NCBI GenBank assembly: GCA_964434055.1
Contig: CAYSSY010000001.1
Location: forward strand, 5,094-69,093
Length of the DNA: 64,000 nucleotides
Source: an uncultured Gammaproteobacteria bacterium
GTDB taxonomy: Bacteria; Patescibacteriota; Patescibacteriia; UBA2196; CAYSSY01
Direction: 5' to 3'
Part shown: piece after piece, positions 27,144-36,438 of the stretch
How positions within the stretch are numbered: position 1 is the first letter of the stretch
Layout of the letters: each line of letters starts with the position of its first letter
Position numbers and translations under genes: made by a program
The notes under the pieces: model-generated
The model's database searches: none
What the model was told of the DNA's origin: nothing
What the model saw: the letters and a program-made list of their open reading frames with translations, nothing else

Positions 27144-28166
27144 ATGACTAACAACCGCCTAATTACTTCCCGGGAAAAACCGGAAGATAAAGTACTTGAT
27201 CAAACTTTAAGACCGCACTCGCTCGATGACTTTATTGGACAGAATAAAATTAAACAAAATTTAGAGATTCTAATTCAAGCTGCTAAAAATCGCCGAGAGG
27301 CTTTAGATCATATTCTGATTTATGGCTCACCGGGTCTAGGAAAAACAAGTCTCGCTCATATTATTGCTCATGAAATCGGAAGTAATATAAAGATTACATC
27401 GGGCCCGGCCATTGAACGTGCTGGCGACCTGGCGGCTATTTTAACCAATATGGAACAAGGTGATGTTTTATTTATTGATGAATTACATCGCCTTAACCGC
27501 ACTATTGAAGAAATACTTTATCCAGCCATGGAAGATTATGCTCTAGATATAGTTATTGGTAAGGGTCCATCAGCCAGAACTCTAAGACTTGATTTGCCTC
27601 ACTTCACTTTGATTGGTGCGACAACTCGTTTAAGTCTTCTCTCTTCTCCACTACGTAATCGCTTTGGTTCAACTTACCGAGTTGATTATTACACTGAGGA
27701 AGAAATTAAAAATATTATTTTACGTTCAGCTAAAATTTTAGGAGTAAAATTCGACCATGATTCGGCTTTAGAAATTGCCAAAAGATCAAGAAAAACACCG
27801 CGTGTAGCCAACCGACTTTTAAAAAGAGTGCGTGATTATGCCCAGGTTAAAGCTGATGGTAATATTAATCAAAAAACATGTGTGCAAGCTCTGGAAATGC
27901 TTGAAGTTGATGAATTGGGTCTTGATGAAATTGATCGCCGTATATTAACAGCTATTATTGAAAAATTTTCTGGTGGTCCAGTAGGCTTAAACACCTTGGC
28001 GGCAGCGGTTTCTGAAGAGACATCAACTCTAGAAGATATCTATGAACCTTTTTTGATGCAACTCGGTTTTATGGCTAGAACTCCCCGAGGCCGAATCGCC
28101 ACGGAATCAGCCTATCAACACTTAAAATTAGCACTCCCTAGTGGCACAATAAAAAAGATGTTCTAA
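27144..28166 (+). CDS. ruvB: Holliday junction branch migration helicase RuvB
   Basis: [19 protein letters not shown]...[20 protein letters not shown]...DELHRL. Confidence 0.9.
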   Translation: MTNNRLITSREKPEDKVLDQTLRPHSLDDFIGQNKIKQNLEILIQAAKNRREALDHILIYGSPGLGKTSLAHIIAHEIGSNIKITSGPAIERAGDLAAILTNMEQGDVLFIDELHRLNRTIEEILYPAMEDYALDIVIGKGPSARTLRLDLPHFTLIGATTRLSLLSSPLRNRFGSTYRVDYYTEEEIKNIILRSAKILGVKFDHDSALEIAKRSRKTPRVANRLLKRVRDYAQVKADGNINQKTCVQALEMLEVDELGLDEIDRRILTAIIEKFSGGPVGLNTLAAAVSEETSTLEDIYEPFLMQLGFMARTPRGRIATESAYQHLKLALPSGTIKKMF

Positions 28167-28176
28167 TTTAAAAAAT

Positions 28177-28437
28177 ATGGAAATATCTTTAACAATCTTT
28201 TTAATAATCTATTTCATCTTGGTCACTGTTTTTATTGTTTTTGCTTTTTTTAATATTTATCACGCTATTCGCTTTGGTTATGCCTCCTGGACCAATATTT
28301 TATCACTAATTATTTTCTTGGGTATGACTTTAGTGCTGCTTTTCTTGTCCTTCGCCTTTATCGTCAAGACTGACTGGAATCGCACTATTATTGTTTTTGA
28401 AAATTTTGATTTTATAGAAAAATTCTTTTTATTTTAA
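28177..28437 (+). CDS. Small 2-TM membrane protein
   Basis: Hydrophobic 86-aa ORF directly upstream of a membrane-PH-like gene. Confidence 0.4.
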   Translation: MEISLTIFLIIYFILVTVFIVFAFFNIYHAIRFGYASWTNILSLIIFLGMTLVLLFLSFAFIVKTDWNRTIIVFENFDFIEKFFLF

Positions 28438-28441
28438 ATTT

Positions 28442-29020
28442 ATGCTCCCAGCACAATACCTTCCCAATCCACAGCCTGATGAAGAAATTATCATTTTTTT
28501 GAGACGTAATATTTTTATTCTAATTAAACATATACTCACTTACCTGGTAATTTTTCTTGTTCCATTAGCTGTTTATTTGTTAGCAAACTTATATCTCCCA
28601 CAATTAATTGAAAAAGATGTTATCTCTGATTTATTAACTTTGCTAATGTTTCTTTATTTCTTATTTACCTGGCTTTTCTTTTACCGCGGTTTTTTGGATT
28701 ATTTCTTGGACGTCTGGATTGTTACCAACTACCGGATTTTAAGCATTGAACAAAGTGATTTATTCCACCGGACAGTAGCTGAACAAAAACTTTTTAGAAT
28801 TCAGGATGTTACTTCCCAACAAAAAGGCCTGTTACCAACTTTTATTAACTATGGTGATGTCTATATACAAACAGCCGCTGAACAGATGCGCTTTGTTTTT
28901 GAAGAAGTTTCAAACCCTCATAAAATTGCTCGAGAAATAACCCAACTTGTTGATTGGCAAAAAAAAGAACATGAAAAGGAACAACGCCGTTATAATAAAA
29001 ATATGGAATTAACCGATTAA
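28442..29020 (+). CDS. Membrane protein with bacterial PH-like (YdbT/DUF304-type) C-terminal domain
   Basis: Two TM helices, then INYGDVYIQTAAEQMRFVFEEVSNPHKIAREI. Confidence 0.45.
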   Translation: MLPAQYLPNPQPDEEIIIFLRRNIFILIKHILTYLVIFLVPLAVYLLANLYLPQLIEKDVISDLLTLLMFLYFLFTWLFFYRGFLDYFLDVWIVTNYRILSIEQSDLFHRTVAEQKLFRIQDVTSQQKGLLPTFINYGDVYIQTAAEQMRFVFEEVSNPHKIAREITQLVDWQKKEHEKEQRRYNKNMELTD

Positions 29021-29023
29021 CTA

Positions 29024-30061
29024 ATGAAGTCTAATCTATTTTTCTATCAATTACCCAAGGAATTAATTGCCCAGAAACCTGCCACACCTCGAGATCGCTC
29101 GAGGTTGCTGATTTTAAACAGAGAAGAAAAAAAAATTAAACATGATTTTTTCTATAACCTGCCAAAATATTTAACTGCTGATGACGTTCTAGTCTTTAAT
29201 GATACAAAAGTTTATCCGGCTCGCCTAATTATGAACAAGCCAACTGGAGGAAGAGTGGAAATTTTGTTACTAAAAAAAGATAAAGGCAATTACTGGCAGG
29301 CACTGGTGTCTGGTAAGAAAAGAAAGCCAGGATTAATGCTCTCACTAAAAAAAACATCTTTAAATTGCCGACTTTTAAAAAACGCGGGTGATTATTGGCT
29401 AATTAAATTCAATATCAATCAAAAAAAGTTATGGTCTTTAATAGAAAAATTTGGTCAGACGCCATTACCTCCTTATATAAAGCAAACAAAAAAATTTCTT
29501 TCTGAAAAACAGATTAAAGATGCTTATCAAACTATATACGCAAAAAATAACGGTTCGGTCGCAGCACCAACAGCTGGTCTGCACTTTACACCTGAGCTGT
29601 TAAAAAAAATAAAAAAACAAGGCACTGAATGCCTATTTGTAACGCTGCATGTCGGTTTGGGGACATTCGCGCCAGTTAAAGAAAAAAATATTGCTTACCA
29701 TAAAATGCATGCTGAACTCGCTGTTGTTGATCAACAAACGGCCAAAAAAATAAACAATTTGAAAAAACAAGGCAAGAGAATCATTGCTGTTGGCACAACG
29801 ACCACTAGAGTCCTTGAATCTTTCGCGAATCAAAATGGTTTCATAAAACCAGATAAAAAAATGACTAATATTTTTATTTATCCACCCTATAAATTTAAAA
29901 TAACTTCCGCGATGATCACCAATTTTCATTTGCCGCAGTCAACCTTATTAATGCTGGTGAGCGCTTTTGCAGGGCGGACTAAAATCTTAAATGCCTACCG
30001 CGATGCGATCAGAAAAAAATATCGTTTCTATTCGCTTGGCGATGCAATGCTTATCTTATAG
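29024..30061 (+). CDS. queA: S-adenosylmethionine:tRNA ribosyltransferase-isomerase
   Basis: FFYQLPKELIAQKPATPRDRSRLLIL...TAGLHFT...GTTTTRVLE. Confidence 0.85.
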   Translation: MKSNLFFYQLPKELIAQKPATPRDRSRLLILNREEKKIKHDFFYNLPKYLTADDVLVFNDTKVYPARLIMNKPTGGRVEILLLKKDKGNYWQALVSGKKRKPGLMLSLKKTSLNCRLLKNAGDYWLIKFNINQKKLWSLIEKFGQTPLPPYIKQTKKFLSEKQIKDAYQTIYAKNNGSVAAPTAGLHFTPELLKKIKKQGTECLFVTLHVGLGTFAPVKEKNIAYHKMHAELAVVDQQTAKKINNLKKQGKRIIAVGTTTTRVLESFANQNGFIKPDKKMTNIFIYPPYKFKITSAMITNFHLPQSTLLMLVSAFAGRTKILNAYRDAIRKKYRFYSLGDAMLIL

Positions 30062-30212
30062 TAAAGTCAGGTTGTAAAATTGGTATTATATAAATTTGAA
30101 TTTTAAAAAGATTTCTGATAAATTAAAGTAGACCATCGGATCTACATGGTGAGGCGACAAGTGTATTAACCAAGTAACTCAATAAATAGTCTATCTGCGT
30201 GTCATGGCCCTA

Positions 30213-30284
30213 GGCCTGGTAGCCAAGTGGTAAGGCGTGAGTCTGCAAAACTCTTATGCGGGGGTTCGATTCCCCCCCAGGCCT
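30213..30284 (+). tRNA. tRNA-Cys (anticodon GCA)
   Basis: Acceptor GGCCTGG/CCAGGCC, anticodon loop CTGCAAA, T-loop TTCGATT. Confidence 0.85.
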
Positions 30285-30414
30285 GAGGCGATGGTAGACA
30301 GAGAAAACTGTTATCCGACAATTTGATTCTGTTACAAAGAGCTTAATTAAAAAACCTTCCAAAAAGGAAAGGTTTTTTGATATAAAAATTTTTACCTTTA
30401 ACCTAAATCACAAA

Positions 30415-30993
30415 CTATCTTTTTTTCCGGTGTTTTCTTTTTTCCTTTTGTAAATCCTTTTTAATCAACTGCCAAAATTCTTTGATATCTTTATTACCAA
30501 GCTTTTTTATAATATTATTTGGCCAGTTTAATAATTGACTAAACTCTTCCGCACCCCAGTAACGTGAACCTGAATCTAAATGCTGCAGTTGTGACTCAAT
30601 TCTATCAACAGTATAGGCCAAACGTGCTTCAAGACTCTTAGCTTTTTCAAACTCAATAAACAGCTGGTAATATTCTTTATATAAGGGTTTTGGTAATAAA
30701 GAAAAAACCTTTTTAGCGTGCATGAGTTCCTGTTGATAATGTGCTTCTTTTTTAATAAACCCCGGTATATCTCCATCGATTAATTCCGGAATATCATGAA
30801 TTAAAAGCATTTTTACTGCTTTTAAAATATCAACTTTTATTTTAAATGTGTCTTGCAAAACCAAAAGTAACAAAGTCGCACGCCAGGTATGTTCTGCGGA
30901 ACTCTCTTGCCGACCAGTTCGCGTCCAATTATGCCTTAAGGTTGATTTGAGCTTTTCAATTTCTTGAAAAAAATTAAGGATTTTTCGTTCCAT
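30415..30993 (-). CDS. HD-domain phosphohydrolase (YfbR-like 5'-deoxynucleotidase family)
   Basis: H...HD motif (LLIHDIPELIDGDIP). Length 192 aa. Confidence 0.7.
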   Translation of the reverse strand: MERKILNFFQEIEKLKSTLRHNWTRTGRQESSAEHTWRATLLLLVLQDTFKIKVDILKAVKMLLIHDIPELIDGDIPGFIKKEAHYQQELMHAKKVFSLLPKPLYKEYYQLFIEFEKAKSLEARLAYTVDRIESQLQHLDSGSRYWGAEEFSQLLNWPNNIIKKLGNKDIKEFWQLIKKDLQKEKRKHRKKR

Positions 30994-31005
30994 AAAAAAT
31001 TAAAA

Positions 31006-31087
31006 TGCCGAGGAGAGGACTCGAACCTCCACGCCCTAAGGCACGTGGTCCTAAACCACGCGTGGCTACCAATTACACCACCTCGGC
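31006..31087 (-). tRNA. tRNA-Leu (anticodon TAG), long variable arm
   Basis: The reverse complement is GCCGAGG...TTTAGGA...GGTTCGAGTCC...CCTCGGC. Confidence 0.8.
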
Positions 31088-31188
31088 TTAATATAATTAA
31101 AGCTATTTAACTCGTTCTTGTCAAACAAATAATTGTCAGATTAATAAATATATTTTACAATAAAAAGGTAAAAAATGAATTAAAAGCT

Positions 31189-33534
31189 ATGGCTCCCAAG
31201 CTCGGCCAACTAGCACGTATAATTATTGTACCAGTGGTGCTATTTTTTAGCCCACTTTTTGTTTTTGCCCAAGATAGTCAAGTGCTGATCAATGAAGTTC
31301 AGATTGCCGGGCAAACAGCAACCGATGAATTTATAGAGCTTTATAATCTAACAAATCAAAAAATTAGCCTTACCGGTTGGCGACTAGCTAAAAAAACTGC
31401 CAGCGGTAATCTCTATAATCTGGTAACTTCTTTTATAGACGTTAGTATCGAACCAAAAAGTTATTTATTAATTGCTCATAAAGATTTCCAAGCTGATTTT
31501 AATGCCGATGTTTATTATTCAACTTCATCATCAATCGCCGATAATAATACACTGATTATTTACAGTGATGCCGGCAAAACAGTGGTCGACAAAGTTGGTT
31601 GGGGTGAAGCAATAGATTTTGAAGTTAAAGCCGCGCCCAGTCCTAAAAATAAACAAAGTCTCAGTAGAACTAACGGCCTTGACACGGGTGACAATGCGAC
31701 TGATTTTGTTGTTTCAACATCACCATCGCCGAAACAAGAAAACCAAATCACAAGTAACCAACCAACAACTAACAATCAACAAAATTTAGAAACAAATACC
31801 CAACCAAACAATCCAGACGTTTCTAACCAAATCCCAATATACCAAACCTATACCAAGCAAATTTTTTTTAATGAACTTTTGCCTAATCCCGCGGGTAGCG
31901 ACGAAGAAAATGAGTGGTTTGAGTTATTTAATCATTCAAATTTTGAAGTCAATCTTAACGGTTGGATAATTATTGATAATTCCGGCAAAAAATTTATCAT
32001 TAACCAAGAAAAATTGGCCAGTACCACTATCGCCCCCGATGGTTACTTTTTAGTTAAGAGGGGTGTTTCTAATATCAGCCTTAATAATGACAACGATCTC
32101 TTAAAACTCTATCAACCAAATGGCGAATTAATTGATTCTGTTAGTTATAAAGATGAGGCTGGAGAAAACATCGCTTATGCCAGAGATCAGAGAAATAACA
32201 CCTGGTCATGGACAACAACTATTACTCCAGCCGCTAGTAACATAATATCTTCTCCTTCAGAAAAAACTGAAGATGACGGTGAAATCACTCCGGTCGGGGA
32301 TGCAATAAAAACCACGGACAACAAAACATCTTTTACTGAAAAGGCTAATATAGAAAAATTAACTGATTATTCGCGACAAATAATAATTAATGAGGTTTTG
32401 CCGAACCCACAAGGTAATGATGAGGAACATGAATGGATTGAATTAAAAAATCTTACAAGTGAGGTTGTTGATTTGATTGACTGGTTTTTGGCCGATAGTT
32501 CGCGACAATATCAAATCTCTAAAAAAGATTTTAACAATTCAGTGATCCAAGCTAACGGCTATTTTTTGATACCAAGAAAAAATTCTCAACTCGCCCTTAA
32601 TAATTCAGGCACAGAAAAAATACAATTACTGCATCCTGATAAAAATCTTGTTGAAGAAGTTGAGTATTCGGGTCATATTAAAGAAAATGTCAGTTATGCC
32701 CGCGATGAAGATGATTTATGGTTTTGGACCACTGTACCAACACCAGCAGGACCTAATATTATTGTGCTACCAACTGATAAAGAGGTTGAGGAAACCGCTA
32801 CTGATGACAAGCAGGACAAGATACAAATTGATAAACAAACAATTGAGGGGATAGTTATTGCTAAACCGGGCTTATTTGGTGTCACTTACTTTTACATTAA
32901 TGGTTTGAGAATATATTGTGCTAAAAAAGATTTTCCTGAACTTAAAGTCGGTGATAAAATTAAAATGACTGGGGAAATGGATATAATGAATAATATCTCT
33001 GTTTTTAAAATTAAGAATCAGGATGATATTACCATCATCTCCTCAAATAATGCCGTCAACCCACTAATTAAAACCACGGAAAGCTTAACACGTGATGATC
33101 TTAGTAAATTGGTTAAGCTAACCGGACAGATCCTTGATGTTAAAAGTACTAAAATATACCTAGCCGATGATGACGGTGAAATTGTTCTGACAATAAAACC
33201 AAATACTAATATCAAAAAAGAAATCTTTGTGTCTGGTGACCAAATTGCGGCAACTGGCATTGTTTTTACTTCCAGTAATGAATTAACTATCGTGCCCAGA
33301 TCAGAAGCAGATATAGAATTTGTTAATCAAGTGCTGGGCGCGACTAAAAAAAAAGAAACTGTCTTTAACCGACAAAAAAATGATAACTTCAGAAATTATT
33401 TATTCCTAACCCTTGGAGCCATAATTATTATTTCTTTGATATTAATAATCAGAAATCTTCAGGTGATTGCCATCTGGTGGCATGAAAAAAAAGAGGTTTG
33501 GAAAAAAATTAAAGAAATTCTTAATAAACCTTGA
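31189..33534 (+). CDS. Surface protein with three lamin-tail-domain (LTD) repeats, OB-fold-like C-terminal modules and a C-terminal TM anchor
   Basis: Signal peptide. LTD-type repeats: VLINEVQIAGQTATDEFIELYNLTNQKISLTGWRL; IFFNELLPNPAGSDEENEWFELFNHSNFEVNLNGWII; IIINEVLPNPQGNDEEHEWIELKNLTSEVVDLIDWFL. The C-terminal hydrophobic helix is LFLTLGAIIIISLILII. Confidence 0.6.
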   Translation: MAPKLGQLARIIIVPVVLFFSPLFVFAQDSQVLINEVQIAGQTATDEFIELYNLTNQKISLTGWRLAKKTASGNLYNLVTSFIDVSIEPKSYLLIAHKDFQADFNADVYYSTSSSIADNNTLIIYSDAGKTVVDKVGWGEAIDFEVKAAPSPKNKQSLSRTNGLDTGDNATDFVVSTSPSPKQENQITSNQPTTNNQQNLETNTQPNNPDVSNQIPIYQTYTKQIFFNELLPNPAGSDEENEWFELFNHSNFEVNLNGWIIIDNSGKKFIINQEKLASTTIAPDGYFLVKRGVSNISLNNDNDLLKLYQPNGELIDSVSYKDEAGENIAYARDQRNNTWSWTTTITPAASNIISSPSEKTEDDGEITPVGDAIKTTDNKTSFTEKANIEKLTDYSRQIIINEVLPNPQGNDEEHEWIELKNLTSEVVDLIDWFLADSSRQYQISKKDFNNSVIQANGYFLIPRKNSQLALNNSGTEKIQLLHPDKNLVEEVEYSGHIKENVSYARDEDDLWFWTTVPTPAGPNIIVLPTDKEVEETATDDKQDKIQIDKQTIEGIVIAKPGLFGVTYFYINGLRIYCAKKDFPELKVGDKIKMTGEMDIMNNISVFKIKNQDDITIISSNNAVNPLIKTTESLTRDDLSKLVKLTGQILDVKSTKIYLADDDGEIVLTIKPNTNIKKEIFVSGDQIAATGIVFTSSNELTIVPRSEADIEFVNQVLGATKKKETVFNRQKNDNFRNYLFLTLGAIIIISLILIIRNLQVIAIWWHEKKEVWKKIKEILNKP

Positions 33535-33621
33535 CTGATTTATAATAAAGGGTATAATTATTTTAAAATAAAATATAAGCCTAAAAATATGGCGGGCCTG
33601 CCCGCCGAAGCTTAAGCGAAG

Positions 33622-33696
33622 GCGGGTATCGTATAATAGTTATTATGCCACCTTGCCAAGGTGGAGAAACGGGTGCGATTCCCGTTACCCGCTCCA
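33622..33696 (+). tRNA. tRNA-Gly (anticodon GCC), CCA encoded. Promoter TTGACT-N16-TATAAT at 33531-33558. GC hairpin GGCGGGcctgCCCGCC in the leader.
   Basis: Acceptor GCGGGTA/TACCCGC, anticodon stem CCACC/GGTGG with loop TTGCCAA. Confidence 0.8.
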
Positions 33697-33770
33697 GTCA
33701 AAAAAGTCCCATTTAAAAGAATGAGGCTTTTTTGATTTGACATTCTCAAAAAAATTATTATGATAAAAAA

Positions 33771-34235
33771 ATGACAACCAACAACATTAGCCTAGTTTTA
33801 TACAATATCCGTTCGCGTTTTAATGTCGGCGCGATTTTAAGGACAGCTGACGCAGCTGGAGTAAAAAAAGTCTATCTTTGTGGTATTACTCCTTTCCCGC
33901 CACACCCCAAAATCAATAAAGTTTCTTTGGGTGCTGAAAAAACCGTGGCTTGGAAATACTCTAAGCAAACTGTACCTTTGATTAAAAAGTTAAAAAAAGA
34001 TGGTTTAATAATTGTTGCTTTAGAGCAGACACCAGCTAGCCGTCCTTATTATCAATTTAAAAATAATAAGCCACTGGCTTTAATTCTAGGCAATGAAGTA
34101 AAAGGTTTGCCTAAAAAAATTCTTAATTTGACTGATGAAATAGTTGAAATCCCTATGCATGGCCACAAAGAATCTTTAAACGTCGCCGTCGCTGCTGGTA
34201 TCGTTTTATTTGATTTAATTAAGAAAGTTAGATAG
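33771..34235 (+). CDS. SpoU/TrmH-family RNA 2'-O-methyltransferase (TrmL-like size)
   Basis: 154 aa. VLYNIRSRFNVGAILRTADAAGV...LILGNEVKGLP...ESLNVAVAAGIVLFD. Confidence 0.75.
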   Translation: MTTNNISLVLYNIRSRFNVGAILRTADAAGVKKVYLCGITPFPPHPKINKVSLGAEKTVAWKYSKQTVPLIKKLKKDGLIIVALEQTPASRPYYQFKNNKPLALILGNEVKGLPKKILNLTDEIVEIPMHGHKESLNVAVAAGIVLFDLIKKVR

Positions 34236-34342
34236 AATGTAAATAATGCAAAATTTAAAAATTAAAAAATGCAGAATACCAAAATTAAAATATTAAATAG
34301 ATTAATTTTAATTTTTGACTTTTGAATTTTACATTTAATTTT

Positions 34343-34429
34343 GCCCAGGTGGTGGAACTGGTATACACGCAAGACTTAAAATCTTGTGGCCTTCAAGCCA
34401 TGCGGGTTCGATTCCCGCCCTGGGCACCA
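34343..34429 (+). tRNA. tRNA-Leu (anticodon TAA), CCA encoded
   Basis: GCCCAGG...CTTAAAA loop...long variable arm...GGTTCGATTCC...CCTGGGC ACCA. Confidence 0.85.
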
Positions 34430-34438
34430 GTATCATAA

Positions 34439-34512
34439 CGGGGTGTAGCGAAGTTGGCTATCGCGCCTGCTTTGGGAGCAGGAGATCCCGAGTTCGAGTC
34501 TCGGCACCCCGA
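34439..34512 (+). tRNA. tRNA-Pro (anticodon TGG), followed by a terminator at 34517-34544
   Basis: CGGGGTG...anticodon stem CCTGC/GCAGG with loop TTTGGGA...GAGTTCGAGTCTCGG CACCCCG. Confidence 0.8.
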
Positions 34513-34579
34513 AAAAACAAACTGTCATAGAGTTTGTTTTTTTATTTGAAAAAAAAATTAGTTTTGTTAAAATATCATT

Positions 34580-35563
34580 ATGACAAAAGTATATTTCCTA
34601 AAAAAAATAGAATTCAAAAAAATTAAAACCGTTCTGCCTAATTTTAAACAACCACTTGGTGTTAAGGTCCACTTTGGTGAACGAGGTAATGAAACTTTTA
34701 TTTCCGCTTCAGTCATTAAACAAATTACTGACTTACTTCAAGCACCAACATTGATTGAGTGTAATGTTTTATATAAAGGTTCACGGACCACTAAAATCGA
34801 TCATTTAGAAATTGCCAAACAGCACGGTTTTAATTTTGCTCCTATTGATATTCTTGATGGAGAATTAGGTGAAAAACATTTAGAATTATCTCTAAAAAAT
34901 TGTAGTCACTTTAACAAGGTGTATATTGGTAAAGGTTTAGAAAAATATAACTCACTTCTTGTAATCTCACATTTTAAGGGTCATATTTCTGCCGGCTTCG
35001 GTGGTGCTATTAAAAATCTGGGTATGGGCCTTGCCTCCAGACAAGGTAAACTGGCGCTCCATGCTTCAATTAAACACCAAATTAATTCCATTAAGTGTAT
35101 TGCCTGCGGTCAGTGCTTAGAGAACTGTCCAGTGAATGCTATTAATTGGAACAGTTATCATAAAGCCCAAATTAATCAAAACTTATGCGTTAGCTGTTCA
35201 AAGTGTATTGCCTTGTGTTCTGAAAAAGCCATTGAAATTCCCTGGCAAAGCACCAAACCGGAAACTTTACAGGAAAGAATCGCTGAATACACTTTAGCAA
35301 TAACTGACAGGCTGCCCTGTTTTTTTATTAATTTCTTAACTAACATAACGGAACACTGTGATTGTATTGGACAAAAGCTACCACTGCTAACGCCTGACAT
35401 CGGCCTGCTGCTATCTACTGACCCGGTTGCTATTGACCAGGCTTCTTATGATTTAATCACAAAACACCATCCCCCTTTTCAAAAATTTAAAGGTCTGGCA
35501 CAATTAGAATATGGAGAAAAAATCGGTTTGGGATCAAAAGATTATCAATTAATAAATCTATGA
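34580..35563 (+). CDS. DUF362-domain protein with two 4Fe-4S ferredoxin-type cluster motifs
   Basis: CIACGQCLENCP and CVSCSKCIALCS. The N-terminal region is DUF362-like. Confidence 0.55.
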   Translation: MTKVYFLKKIEFKKIKTVLPNFKQPLGVKVHFGERGNETFISASVIKQITDLLQAPTLIECNVLYKGSRTTKIDHLEIAKQHGFNFAPIDILDGELGEKHLELSLKNCSHFNKVYIGKGLEKYNSLLVISHFKGHISAGFGGAIKNLGMGLASRQGKLALHASIKHQINSIKCIACGQCLENCPVNAINWNSYHKAQINQNLCVSCSKCIALCSEKAIEIPWQSTKPETLQERIAEYTLAITDRLPCFFINFLTNITEHCDCIGQKLPLLTPDIGLLLSTDPVAIDQASYDLITKHHPPFQKFKGLAQLEYGEKIGLGSKDYQLINL

Positions 35564-35910
35564 AAAAAAATATTTTTTTTATCTTTATATTATCTTTGAT
35601 AATAATAACGAGTGGTTGCACAAAAAAAGAGCAAGTAAATACAAATTACAACTTGAATCTTAATCAAAATGTTTCGATAGAGATCAGAGATATGTCACAA
35701 GTACCTGCTGATTATTATTCTGGCAATTCACGATTCAGTCGTGGCATTTGCACTCAAGATAGTGAGTGCTTTAATATTGGTTGCTCTTTGGAAATGTGTT
35801 CTAATGACAAAGATATGATGACCTCGTGTGAAATTGGGGGAAATTTTCCTGATAAGAACAAATATGCTTGTGGTTGTATAAAGGATAGGTGTGGTTGGTA
35901 TAAAAAATAA
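35560..35910 (+). CDS. Small Cys-rich lipoprotein
   Basis: Signal peptide plus lipobox (ITSGC). 10 Cys in the mature part. Overlaps the upstream stop (ATGA). Confidence 0.45.
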   Translation: MKKNIFFIFILSLIIITSGCTKKEQVNTNYNLNLNQNVSIEIRDMSQVPADYYSGNSRFSRGICTQDSECFNIGCSLEMCSNDKDMMTSCEIGGNFPDKNKYACGCIKDRCGWYKK

Positions 35911-35928
35911 TTTTAAATTTTTAAAAAA

Positions 35929-36270
35929 ATGAAAAATTTTTTTCTGGCCGTTTATGATGTAGTCAAAAAAGTGCCACCAGGTAAAGTAACAACTTATGGT
36001 CAAGTGGCAACTCTGTTAGGTAATCCCAGGTCAGCTCGAATAGTTGGTTGGGCTTTACATCAACTAAGACTCGAGGACCAAGTCCCTTGGCAAAGAGTAG
36101 TTAATTCTCGCGGTTTAATCTCCACCACTTGCTTAGAACATAATGCGTGTCTGCAGGCAAAACTTTTACAAAAAGAAGGTGTTCATGTAGAATTTAAGGA
36201 AGGTGTTTACTTAATAGATTTAAAAAAATATTTGTGGATGCCAGGATTTGTGTTCTCTGCCTTCACTTGA
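35929..36270 (+). CDS. Alkyltransferase-like protein (MGMT/Ogt DNA-binding domain with Trp in place of the acceptor Cys)
   Basis: VPPGKVTTYGQVATLLGNPRSARIVGWAL...VPWQRVVNSRG: the PCHRV motif is replaced by PWQRV. Confidence 0.7.
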   Translation: MKNFFLAVYDVVKKVPPGKVTTYGQVATLLGNPRSARIVGWALHQLRLEDQVPWQRVVNSRGLISTTCLEHNACLQAKLLQKEGVHVEFKEGVYLIDLKKYLWMPGFVFSAFT

Positions 36271-36342
<72 letters not shown>

Positions 36343-36438
36343 GAGGCGAAGGCGGTTAATTAATCTACTTAACATCATAATAGTGTTTAAAAAACTCCTT
36401 TGTCAGGAGTTTTTTAAATTCTTAAACTATTAATAAAA

